DNA of 59,921 bases from Candidatus Pacearchaeota archaeon (lineage in GTDB: Archaea > Nanobdellota > Nanobdellia > Pacearchaeales > GW2011-AR1): contig NZBT01000011.1 in the NCBI GenBank assembly GCA_002688015.1, positions 1 to 59,921 on the forward strand, in the 5' to 3' direction. The notes below the pieces were generated by a model. The model was not told the origin of the DNA. It searched no databases and saw nothing but the letters and a program-made list of their open reading frames with translations. Positions within the stretch are counted from its first letter, which is position 1, and the number at the start of each line of letters is the position of its first letter. Position numbers and translations under genes: made by a program. Below, in pieces: positions 18,795-27,915 of this stretch.

Positions 18795-19190
18795 TCAAAA
18801 CTCTGGCGCCTCAAAAGGCCCATACAAATCTCCAGGAAATCCTGGAAACTCCCACACATAATATTCAGAAGAACAACTAATAACATAAACAGTCATCCAA
18901 CCCCCAACTATTTCTGGATCTGAAGGACCCTCATACGAATACTCTATAACCACAGCTCGCAAAGCATTACGACAAGACCATACATTTTCTTCAGAATTAT
19001 AAAACAAAGTCTCAGATTCATTCGTTAAGAAACCTTTATAACTTCCATCAGCAACTTTAGGATACATTTGTTCTAATGTGAGATCCTCATAATCCAAAAC
19101 TCCACCAACAGGATGACTCCTAACCCAAAAAAATATCCCTGCCAAAACTAACAAAATCACAATAATTCCAATAATAATTCCCTTCTTCAT
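18795..19190 (-). CDS. Hypothetical membrane-anchored protein
   Basis: N-terminal TM helix; upstream TATA box. Confidence 0.6.
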   Translation of the reverse strand: MKKGIIIGIIVILLVLAGIFFWVRSHPVGGVLDYEDLTLEQMYPKVADGSYKGFLTNESETLFYNSEENVWSCRNALRAVVIEYSYEGPSDPEIVGGWMTVYVISCSSEYYVWEFPGFPGDLYGPFEAPEF

Positions 19191-19292
19191 ATCTAAACAA
19201 GAAAAAAGAACCTTATAAACTAGACGATGGATTCAAGTAGAATAGAACTTATCAAGCTAACATTTTGATTCTGTCTCTTCTTTTAAAATTAT

Positions 19293-19601
19293 CTAATCAT
19301 CCCTTGGATCATTCTGTTGTACAACATCTTTTATATTATCCAATATCCTCTGATACATTCTAATCTCACTCATTAAATTATCTACAACCCCTGTATGTAC
19401 ATTCTCATATCTTACACACCTCTGAGAATGCCCATGCATATCATCACAAGCAATCATCCTTAAACTTATATCTCTAATTCCATATAACCTCTCCAATTCT
19501 AATAAAGCCTCATCACTTATCACTGCCCCTTCAAAATATTTCTTTTTGAACCTATCAAAATCTTCAATATCCATATCGTCAGCAGGTAAATTACTTGGCA
19601 T
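19293..19601 (-). CDS. Hypothetical protein
   Basis: ATG ORF with upstream TATA-like box; no family recognised. Confidence 0.55.
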   Translation of the reverse strand: MPSNLPADDMDIEDFDRFKKKYFEGAVISDEALLELERLYGIRDISLRMIACDDMHGHSQRCVRYENVHTGVVDNLMSEIRMYQRILDNIKDVVQQNDPRDD

Positions 19602-19674
19602 ATCAAAATCTACACTTTTAACTTTATAATAATTATTGTCCTATAATCTCCTCTTTCCATCTAGAATTCCCTCA

Positions 19675-20202
19675 TCACTCTTTCTTTTCTTCCTTAGGGG
19701 CGGCTTCTTCCTTCTTTTCTTTAACCTTAGCTTCTTCCTTTGGAGCTTCCTTTTCTCCCTCAGCTTTCTCTTCTGCTGGAGCTTCCCCTTCTGCTACAGG
19801 CTCAGCCTTCTTAGTTAAATCTTCCCACTTTTTACTTCCTTCTTTAACAACATTAAAATTAATCTGTACCGTCTTCTCAAAAACAGTATTTCCTCTAACT
19901 GTCTTTCTAAGACGAAGACCATCAGGCTGTGGAACTTTCTTCTTATCTCCTCTAGGACGCTTCTGCATTCCCCATCCTTTTGTTAACAAAACTCTTTTGA
20001 GCGTTATCCCCTCAACATCTTCCTTCATAGCAAATCCAGCAAAATCAGTTCCTCCAGTAATCTTTAACTCATATCCAGATAAATCAGCATTAATTTCCTC
20101 TCCCTTAATTGTATCTCCTACCTTCTTTCCAGATAACACTTCTGGCTCTATCTCTACCTTATACGCTTTTCCCTTATTACTTATATTCAATTTTAATACC
20201 AT
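19675..20202 (-). CDS. rps6e: 30S ribosomal protein S6e (eS6)
   Basis: GYELKITGGTDFAGF, GLRLRKTVRGN, QIN. Confidence 0.95.
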   Translation of the reverse strand: MVLKLNISNKGKAYKVEIEPEVLSGKKVGDTIKGEEINADLSGYELKITGGTDFAGFAMKEDVEGITLKRVLLTKGWGMQKRPRGDKKKVPQPDGLRLRKTVRGNTVFEKTVQINFNVVKEGSKKWEDLTKKAEPVAEGEAPAEEKAEGEKEAPKEEAKVKEKKEEAAPKEEKKE

Positions 20203-20506
20203 ATCATTCTCTCAGAAAAACTGGGTTTTTAAATCATTCTGTTAGAAAATAAGATTATCGGTTAATCGGTCAGGCTAGGCGAACTTTCCTTTAGGAAAGT
20301 TAGGTCAAATATTGATTTCCTACAAAAGGAAAAACTTTTGGAAAAAGTTAGATATTTGCCGTCTAGTGGGCATTAACCGAGTCACGAAGTGACCTCTTGC
20401 TGTGAACACAGAACCAAGAGTCTTATGCTTCGTTCTCAGCCGGATTTTTAGCGTAATTGTTGTCTTCTTTCTTTAGGGGGGCTGGCTCCTGTCTTTGTTA
20501 TAATGC

Positions 20507-21220
20507 CTATTTAGAATCCAAGATTCTATAAAATAAATTTGCATACATCTCAGATATCTGTTTTGATTCTATCAGATATCCAACCGGTTTTTCTCCCCAA
20601 GAAAAAATAGCTACTTTATCATCAACTATTGCAATACCTTCTGGAATTGGTAGTTTTGTAAACTTCATTTTGATATTTTTTCTTATTTTCATATGTTTCT
20701 TTACTTCTTCGGAAGCAAGTCCTTGTACAATTATTCCTTTTTCTTGCCTCTTAGCATCATATCGTGAAAAAAATTCTTGAATATCTTCGTTAAATTGATT
20801 TATGTTTAATGAAAAATAAAGATATTTATCTCTCTTACTAACATTTTCAATGAGGATATTCAGCATAGAGATAACTCCTTTTTTTCCTTCAAAAATCTCC
20901 GCTTCTTGCCTATCATCAGAAGATTTCTGTGTTGATTCTAACTCTGGAATTATAGAGATCAATTTTTCTTTTTTGATTTCTAGAAAATCTATCAAATGTT
21001 TAGGATTGATTGCCTTGTAATGTTTTATTTTTCCCCTTTTAATATATGAAATAAGGCCTTTTTCAACAAGAGCATTTATTGAATTATGAACTGCAGAACT
21101 AGCCATGCCTGAATTTTCTATCACTTCCCCAACCTTTACATCTCCCAATTTTAATAGGGCTAAATAAACCTTTATTTCTCCCTGGCTAAGGCCAAGTTCT
21201 TCTAACGCTTGAGTATTCAT
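20507..21220 (-). CDS. TrmB-family transcriptional regulator
   Basis: LEELGLSQGEIKVYLALL winged HTH, LVEKGLI, EIFEGKKG, C-terminal PLD-like effector domain. Confidence 0.9.
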   Translation of the reverse strand: MNTQALEELGLSQGEIKVYLALLKLGDVKVGEVIENSGMASSAVHNSINALVEKGLISYIKRGKIKHYKAINPKHLIDFLEIKKEKLISIIPELESTQKSSDDRQEAEIFEGKKGVISMLNILIENVSKRDKYLYFSLNINQFNEDIQEFFSRYDAKRQEKGIIVQGLASEEVKKHMKIRKNIKMKFTKLPIPEGIAIVDDKVAIFSWGEKPVGYLIESKQISEMYANLFYRILDSK

Positions 21221-21256
21221 GATATAAAAAGAAAACTTGCATTTATAATACTATCT

Positions 21257-21284
21257 ATTAACTCTCCATATTTAGAGAGTTAAT
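21257..21284. promoter_or_regulatory. Perfect 10-bp inverted repeat, probable TrmB operator between divergent TATA boxes
   Basis: ATTAACTCTC-N8-GAGAGTTAAT. Confidence 0.65.
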
Positions 21285-21439
21285 CTTTATAAGGATAATT
21301 TCTAATTATAATCTTAACTAAAGAGTAGTAATATACTCTAAGGAAAACAAAATGACAAACGAACAAAACACAAGAGAAGGCACAAAAGAAAGCCAAACAG
21401 AACTTCCTATTCAAAATAATGAAAGGAGGATAAATCAAA

Positions 21440-21856
21440 ATGACAATTGAAATACCAGAAATAGGTCTTTATAGAGAATGTGATTTTACTGGTGGGTGGC
21501 ATTCGTTGGAAGCACTTAGTGGCCTTGAATTATCAGTTAATCCAAGTTATAATGGTAAATTTGTAGTTATGGGAAATGATGTAATGAATAGTATTATAGG
21601 TTTAGAATCCATCAATCCAAACACACACCTATACAACGATATACCTCATGCACATATTGCAAATATGTTTCATTCAATGCATGATAATTGGAAATACCAT
21701 GCTACTGGCGGGGGACATGTCAAAATTGAAGATGGTAGAATTATTCTAAGTGGGACAGGCGATTTTTGTGGCAAATATGATATGCAAATTGTAAGGCCCA
21801 TTATAGAGAGATTTGTTTCTATGACTCCTCGATTGGAGAGGGTGGTTGTAGAATGA
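21440..21856 (+). CDS. Hypothetical protein, possible Janus/Ocnus (PHPT1 phosphohistidine phosphatase)-like fold
   Basis: GKFVV..PHAHIA..GGGHVKI..IILSG....GKYD; SD AGGAGG upstream. Confidence 0.5.
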   Translation: MTIEIPEIGLYRECDFTGGWHSLEALSGLELSVNPSYNGKFVVMGNDVMNSIIGLESINPNTHLYNDIPHAHIANMFHSMHDNWKYHATGGGHVKIEDGRIILSGTGDFCGKYDMQIVRPIIERFVSMTPRLERVVVE

Positions 21857-22602
21857 TAATCCCAAAAGAAAGTCAATCAGATTCAAGGACTGAAAAAGAG
21901 AAAGTTGTAGATGGAGCTATGGGTCACAGACAAGATAGAGGAATGACTAGGGAAGCAATTAGACAGAAGTTATCTAAATTTGACTCAATAGAACAAATGT
22001 CAGCTTATGTTGATAAGTTTGTAGATGGAATAAGAGAATATCGGCTGCCTGAGGAAACAAGATATAGACTTTTTAGAGAAGCTTTTAATCTGGGTTATAA
22101 ACCACCTAAGAAATTTCAAACTCATATAGAAAATCATTTTGATATGTACAATAGTGTATTTCAAGAAAAATTGGAAGATTTTGATTTAGGAGCACTTATA
22201 ATCGCAAGACAAAATCATCATAGCAATATAAGGTCTGGACCTCTAAGGGACCAAAGAGAGAATTTTGTAGATGAAACATTTAAAAAAATAAATTCAATAC
22301 CTTTGGGTTCTTCAGAAAGACCAGAACGACTTATAACTCTTGTTGAAAGCACAAGGAGAACTGACTTAAGAACAAAAATATTAAATAGCGCATTGAAAGA
22401 ATTCAGATTTATATCTGATGAGGACGAACAAGATTCATTTAGGGATTTTTTTAGAGAAATTTATGGAATAGGTCAATGTATCTCCTACCTTGAAAAAGAT
22501 GAGATAGAGAGAAGAAAAAACGTTGCTACTAAAAAACTTAGGGAACATAAGTTTTCAGAGGAAGACATTTATAGATTTATTGAAGAGGATAAGGAAAGAT
22601 AA
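21853..22602 (+). CDS. Hypothetical alpha-helical protein
   Basis: 249-aa ORF with an ATGA overlap with the upstream gene. Confidence 0.7.
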   Translation: MIIPKESQSDSRTEKEKVVDGAMGHRQDRGMTREAIRQKLSKFDSIEQMSAYVDKFVDGIREYRLPEETRYRLFREAFNLGYKPPKKFQTHIENHFDMYNSVFQEKLEDFDLGALIIARQNHHSNIRSGPLRDQRENFVDETFKKINSIPLGSSERPERLITLVESTRRTDLRTKILNSALKEFRFISDEDEQDSFRDFFREIYGIGQCISYLEKDEIERRKNVATKKLREHKFSEEDIYRFIEEDKER

Positions 22603-22960
22603 AAATAAGATAATTAAAGAACTAACAAATTAACTCGCTCGGCGAGACTATCTGTCGCAAAGCGATTTAAGCCAGCCCCTGTCTTTCTACAACAATTTCG
22701 TTTAAGCAAGCGATTGTGCGACAATTTTTAATTTAGCACTCCAGCGGTTAAGCGGAGCTAAAAATCCATTCAATCACAAAGAATATTGTGATGATATTTG
22801 GGCTGAGAATTGCGTCGCCAAAAGGGCAGGGGACGGGGATCAATTTCTTTGAGGGGACGCAGCAACCCCGAGTGTAACGAGAGGCAAAGCATAAGTTTGT
22901 TTAATGTACCTTAAACGCCCTTTTGGTGTTTAATGTCGAGCGCAATCGGCGCTTCGCGCC

Positions 22961-23785
22961 TCAATTTATTGCAGCTAATGTTCTTTGTTTGCGGGACGGG
23001 AAATTATCAAAGGATGTAATATTATCAAAACCAAATTGAAAATAGGTTTGAACAGGATTTTCTGGTATGGAAAAACCATTCATACGAGAAAAAGTTTTAA
23101 TTTTTCTATAGAATGAATTAGCAATTCTACGAAAATCTCCATCCGAATTTAGAATTCTAACTGGAGTCTCATAAGATAATGCAACTGATTTAGCAAAAAT
23201 TATCGCATCATTTTTATTAGAACTTAAAATTTGACTTTCCCTTTTTTTTGATTTTGGATTAACTAAACATACTCCTGGTAACCTAGAAATGTACAATGCT
23301 GCTTCTTTTAAACCTTCTAAATCATCTGCTCTATCTTCAGGAATATAATCATCAACAGAAACTGAAAAAGATCTTGCTTTAAGCTCTCTTAAAAATCCTG
23401 TCTTTGCTTCAGCAAGCCCAAGCATGTTATCAGATCTTTGCAATAACTCTGCCCTAGTTCCTCCAAAATAGGGATTTCCACTTGTGCAACTAGACCTAAA
23501 TCTATTAGCACCTACCCTTCCAATTTTTCCAGCAAAATCTATAAGTCCTCCACATCCAGTAACAAACTCATCCCATGTTTCAGACGCAATAAAAAAGTTC
23601 TCTGGAAATAATTGATGAGCTTTTGAATAGAAATTTCTTTCCCTGTTTAACCTTAAATCAATAGGAAGGGCGGAGTCAATATATCCAGTTGCCAAATTAG
23701 CTATGAAAGACAAGTCTGTAACTACAAACCCATCAAAATCAAAGGCCTTTTCAATAGCTTCCCTAATAGATTCTTCTATACCCAT
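22961..23785 (-). CDS. PIN-like domain protein
   Basis: VVTDLSFI, ETWDEF and NDAIIFAKSVAL..ILNSDGDF give PIN-like acidic spacing. Confidence 0.55.
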   Translation of the reverse strand: MGIEESIREAIEKAFDFDGFVVTDLSFIANLATGYIDSALPIDLRLNRERNFYSKAHQLFPENFFIASETWDEFVTGCGGLIDFAGKIGRVGANRFRSSCTSGNPYFGGTRAELLQRSDNMLGLAEAKTGFLRELKARSFSVSVDDYIPEDRADDLEGLKEAALYISRLPGVCLVNPKSKKRESQILSSNKNDAIIFAKSVALSYETPVRILNSDGDFRRIANSFYRKIKTFSRMNGFSIPENPVQTYFQFGFDNITSFDNFPSRKQRTLAAIN

Positions 23786-23817
23786 CAAAATTTAGAAATA
23801 TGAAGCTTTTTAAATCT

Positions 23818-25548
23818 TCACATTCCCCAATCATCATCTTTTTTTCTTTTAATCTCAGCAATTTCTTGCAAAACCTTCTTCTCTCCTTCAGAAAGCAATT
23901 CCTTATTCTTTTTGAAGTCACGGAACTGTTTCGCTGAAATATTTGCATACAAATATTTCTTGTCTTTCAATCTACGTTCAAAATTAGTTCCTGGAAGTGA
24001 AACAGCCAGTTCTTTCCCTTCTTCTGCGGAATCCACAGATTCTTTATCCAACTGCAAATCTTTAACTCTTGCAACGGAATCACCAGTTTCATCAATTAGC
24101 TCCGTGTTTTTCACAATTTTTCCATTGGAAACACGAACACCAAACACAGCAGGATTACTATTCCTAAACACATATTGAGGCAAAATCTCAAGCTTACATA
24201 TCGTTGCGAGTCCAAGCATCTTTTCCCTTTCAATTTCTTCCTGCTTTTCCTTTCTCCACTTCTGTAAATCCTCAATTAATTTGTAAACAACTTCATCTCT
24301 AAGAACAACAACTTTCCCCGGGGCTCCCAGGTCTTCATCAACATCAACATTAAATCCAACTATTACAGCATCCAGTTCGTTTATCTCCAAATTTGCCTTC
24401 GCACTAATCATATCTGTTTTTCCAATTGGTCCGATTCCCGCCTTTACAACCTTTACTTGCTCTTGTCTTAACAAAGTCAATAATGCTTCCAAGCTCCCCA
24501 ATGAATCTGCTTTAACAATAATGCCTTGCTTATCTAACTTTATTTCCCCTGAAATTTCCTTCTTGAACTCTTTTTCAATTTCTTTTATGTTTCCCTTCAC
24601 AACTTGGAAAGGCATTCCTGAAAGAACATTTTCTTTGTTTGTCAATTGCAATCTCAATCCTGTAGCAGCACTTGCTTCTTTCTTACTCTTATACCTAAAA
24701 CTTAAGCTCTGTATTTCCTCCAAAGCTCTAACTTTCGTCTCTATAATAGAATCAAATGAAGCAATAGCAATTTCATCCCCTTCAGACAAAGTTCCATCAA
24801 ACAATATAGTTTCAATCTTCTCCCCACTTTTTTCCTTCCTAACTTCTAAAACAACTCCTTTCCCAGTCTCCCCTAATTTCAATCTTTCTTTCAAATACTT
24901 TTCACTTAATCCAGAAAGAACAAACAAAAGTTCTGGAATTCCTTCTTTTGTCTTAGCAGAACAAGGAACAATAGCAACTTTCTTGCTAAAGTCGGAAATC
25001 TCCCAATACAAATCAGATTCAAAACCATGTTCTTGTAAAGCTCCTTGGAAAGTCAATAAACTCTCCTGAAATTCCTGTGAAACATTTATCGCCTGGCTTT
25101 CCACACTTTCTTTCACCGAATCCCTCTTTTGCCATCCGCTAATTGTATCAACCTTGTTTAAAGCAATCAAAAATGGAGTCTTTGAATTCTTCAATATCTG
25201 CAAAACTTCCGCTGTCTGTGGCTTTATTCCTTCTTTAACTGAAACAACCAATATTGCTAAATCTGCTAAGCTCCCTCCCCTTTTCCTTAAATTTGTAAAT
25301 GCAGCGTGCCCAGGAGTATCAATAAACAAAAATCCAGGAATTTCCAATTTGAAACCACTAGATTCAATCAAAGGACTAGCTTTCTTTATCTGTTCTAAAG
25401 GATATTTAGTAAAACTAATCTTCTGAGTTATTCCCCCACTTTCTCCTTCTTGTACCTGTGTGCCCCTAAAACAATCTAATATGCTTGTCTTTCCATGATC
25501 CACATGCCCGGCTACAGTAACTATTGGCTGTCTTATTTTGCTTTCCAT
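23818..25548 (-). CDS. infB: Translation initiation factor aIF5B (IF-2)
   Basis: RQPIVTVAGHVDHGKT, DTPGHAAFTNLRKRGG, KADSLGSLEAL, VFRNSNPA. Confidence 0.97.
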   Translation of the reverse strand: MESKIRQPIVTVAGHVDHGKTSILDCFRGTQVQEGESGGITQKISFTKYPLEQIKKASPLIESSGFKLEIPGFLFIDTPGHAAFTNLRKRGGSLADLAILVVSVKEGIKPQTAEVLQILKNSKTPFLIALNKVDTISGWQKRDSVKESVESQAINVSQEFQESLLTFQGALQEHGFESDLYWEISDFSKKVAIVPCSAKTKEGIPELLFVLSGLSEKYLKERLKLGETGKGVVLEVRKEKSGEKIETILFDGTLSEGDEIAIASFDSIIETKVRALEEIQSLSFRYKSKKEASAATGLRLQLTNKENVLSGMPFQVVKGNIKEIEKEFKKEISGEIKLDKQGIIVKADSLGSLEALLTLLRQEQVKVVKAGIGPIGKTDMISAKANLEINELDAVIVGFNVDVDEDLGAPGKVVVLRDEVVYKLIEDLQKWRKEKQEEIEREKMLGLATICKLEILPQYVFRNSNPAVFGVRVSNGKIVKNTELIDETGDSVARVKDLQLDKESVDSAEEGKELAVSLPGTNFERRLKDKKYLYANISAKQFRDFKKNKELLSEGEKKVLQEIAEIKRKKDDDWGM

Positions 25549-25641
25549 AAAAATCTTAAAGAAAAGTTGTTTTTAAAGCTTCATATTTCAAAATCTGACT
25601 ACTTCAATAATTTTTAAATACTCACTCTATCTCCAAAACAT

Positions 25642-26025
25642 ATGTCTAATAATAATGAAGTAAATGGAATGATAGTACGAAGAGATTCAGGAATCGCTCA
25701 TTTCCTTCCAATTCCTGAAAGAAGAATAAAATATAAGGGGGGAAGAGTATCAATTACGAAACTGCCAATTAATCTAAGATATCTTCAAAAAAGAGATTCA
25801 ACAATAATACAGAGACTTGAAGAAAGTCAAGGAAACAGAATCGAATATTCTCTTCCAAAAGATGAATTTAAACAAGTAGCAAAACAATATGTTAGAGCAT
25901 ACTTTCAAAAACTACGAACATCCAAGAACAAAGAAGAGAGTTCTCTAGCAGATATCGTATTTGAAGATGAAGAAACAAATCCAGATGAGATAGATTATCT
26001 AAGTGATGACGACGAAATAGAGTAA
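25642..26025 (+). CDS. Hypothetical protein
   Basis: Leaderless ATG after TTTTAAATA; acidic tail. Confidence 0.55.
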   Translation: MSNNNEVNGMIVRRDSGIAHFLPIPERRIKYKGGRVSITKLPINLRYLQKRDSTIIQRLEESQGNRIEYSLPKDEFKQVAKQYVRAYFQKLRTSKNKEESSLADIVFEDEETNPDEIDYLSDDDEIE

Positions 26026-26367
26026 CTACATAGCTTCTTCTTTTATGTCGTCAGAAGTTGAATCACCTTCATTTGCTCCGGAAGAGTCTCCGCTTTGCCC
26101 TGGAGAGTCCAATTTCTCTTGATTATCACTATCTTCAGGAACTGGAAGATCTTTCATTAAATCATCTTCAGAAATCGAATTAATAGCTTCTTTAAACTTA
26201 GAAAATTGCTCAACAGGAATTCTCGTTCCAGCCTTTGTAAAACCAGTATATCTCTCTCCTTTAACAAACTCTCTTATAGTCAATCCCCTCCTTCCTCCAA
26301 AATCATCAATTCTTATAACGATCTCTGTATCTGCATTCTTCTGAATCTTGTCAATGTCTTTTTCCAT
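26026..26367 (-). CDS. PC4/Sub1 (p15)-like ssDNA-binding protein
   Basis: IRIDDFGGRRGLTIREF..GFTKAGTRIP fits the PC4 fold; acidic tail. Confidence 0.75.
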   Translation of the reverse strand: MEKDIDKIQKNADTEIVIRIDDFGGRRGLTIREFVKGERYTGFTKAGTRIPVEQFSKFKEAINSISEDDLMKDLPVPEDSDNQEKLDSPGQSGDSSGANEGDSTSDDIKEEAM

Positions 26368-26428
26368 AAGAAGCAAAAAAGAGATTTATATATAAACCTT
26401 TATGTCCCCTAAAGAGTTATAACCTAAA

Positions 26429-27388
26429 ATGCATAATAAAAAAATCAAAATCGGGCCCCTCCTCCTAAAAAACCCCATTATCTTAGCTCCAATGGTAGAC
26501 GTCACAGACAGCGCTTACAGACAATTATGTATCTCTCAGGGCTGTTCCCTTGTTTTCACACAAATGTTATACACAAGCCAAATAATCAATGAAAACCCTA
26601 AAACAAAGGAACTAATGTCTTTCTCTAAATCTGAAAGACCCATAGGAATTCAGATTACAGGCTCTTCTCTTGAAGAATTCAAAGCCTGTCTCCCCTATCT
26701 AAAACCCTACGATGTCATAGACTTAAACTGTGGTTGCCCCTCTCTAAAAATAACAGGAAATCAAGCTGGATCCTATTTATTAAACAATCCAGATAAAATA
26801 GTAAAGATCATCAAACTCCTCAAAACTGCATTCCCAGAAAAAACAATTACAGCAAAAATCCGTCTTGGTTTCAAAAAAAACAATGTTATGAAAATTGCAA
26901 AGGCAATTGAAAAAGCTGGCGCCGATGCGATAACAATTCATCCTCGTCTGGCAACTCAAGGTTCCTCCGTCCCCGCAGATCATAAATGGACAAAGGCTCT
27001 TGTCACCGCTCTAAAAATCCCAGTTATAGCTAATGGGGATATATTCTCAGGAAAAGATGCTCTCTCTATTCTACAACAAACTGGCTGTTCTGCAGTAATG
27101 ATAGCTCGCGGAGCAATAGGAGATCCTACCCTCTTTTCCCGAATTAATCACTATCTAAAAACCAACTCTGAGCCCAAAAGAAATCAGAAAAAGAACATAA
27201 AGCTTTTCCTTGAATACTTGAAAATATCAAAAAAATATAAAATCTCCGATCTTGCCCGCGTTAAATACATAGGTGTTCAGTTCATAAAAGATTTCAAAGA
27301 CTCCGCAAAGTGCAGAGCAGAATTTTCCAAACTAAAATCAATGAAAGAAATAGAACTATATATCAAAGAATTAATTAAATCCCTTTAA
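26429..27388 (+). CDS. dus: tRNA-dihydrouridine synthase
   Basis: LAPMVDVTD, IDLNCGCP, AGSYLL, KIRLG, IANGDI, MIARGAIGDP. Confidence 0.93.
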   Translation: MHNKKIKIGPLLLKNPIILAPMVDVTDSAYRQLCISQGCSLVFTQMLYTSQIINENPKTKELMSFSKSERPIGIQITGSSLEEFKACLPYLKPYDVIDLNCGCPSLKITGNQAGSYLLNNPDKIVKIIKLLKTAFPEKTITAKIRLGFKKNNVMKIAKAIEKAGADAITIHPRLATQGSSVPADHKWTKALVTALKIPVIANGDIFSGKDALSILQQTGCSAVMIARGAIGDPTLFSRINHYLKTNSEPKRNQKKNIKLFLEYLKISKKYKISDLARVKYIGVQFIKDFKDSAKCRAEFSKLKSMKEIELYIKELIKSL

Positions 27389-27826
27389 TATTTCTTCTCC
27401 TTGTGCCTCTGCCACAAAAGCAGGACCAGGGTCATCCAAAGGTGTTTGTGGTCTAGGATCTACATGTGGTCTCATATTTCTATATGGATCACTAACTATG
27501 GAATCAGAATTACCAAAACCAAAATCCTTTGCAGAATCTGTAGGGTCATCTCTAGGATCTGTCGTGTCAGTTAAATAACATTTCCCCCCAGAATCAAATG
27601 ATCTATAAGCTACGTGACCTCTATGAGCCAAAGAATGCTTGGGTTGCCACGCCTTTTTTTTCAAACCTCCTCCACTTCCAGATCTACGAACCTTTCCTCT
27701 GAAAAAAGGACTTCTTCTATAAGCAACAAATCCAGCATTAGAAGTCAAATCAAGAATCTGTGTAGAATAACATCTTAAATCCCCATCCATTCTATCACAA
27801 GTGCGCTCACCGAACACCTTAACCAA
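27371..27826 (-). CDS. Hypothetical protein
   Basis: Fills the gap between dus and cysS; TTG start uncertain. Confidence 0.4.
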   Translation of the reverse strand: MVKVFGERTCDRMDGDLRCYSTQILDLTSNAGFVAYRRSPFFRGKVRRSGSGGGLKKKAWQPKHSLAHRGHVAYRSFDSGGKCYLTDTTDPRDDPTDSAKDFGFGNSDSIVSDPYRNMRPHVDPRPQTPLDDPGPAFVAEAQGEEILKGFN

Positions 27827-27915
27827 TGTAAGTCACCAATTTATTAAATAAAAAAGATTATTTAAGCCTTTGCCCTTGTAAAAACAATTAAATAAGCCTC
27901 TAACTTTTATCATTC

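Larger units (their letters stand above)
20258..22960. mobile_element. Putative non-autonomous cargo element with complementary, highly structured ends
   Basis: Six nested long-range helices between 20422-20500 and 22623-22895; many local hairpins; interrupts infB-rps6e synteny; no recombinase inside. Confidence 0.6.

Noticed and set aside
20258-22960. Group I or group II intron, or RNase P RNA, as the identity of the structured element
   Set aside because: GAGACTA at ~22644 resembles the group I R element, but no matching S element (AUAGUC) was found. There is no group II domain V or GUGYG end, no RNase P P4 consensus on either strand, and no interrupted host gene.
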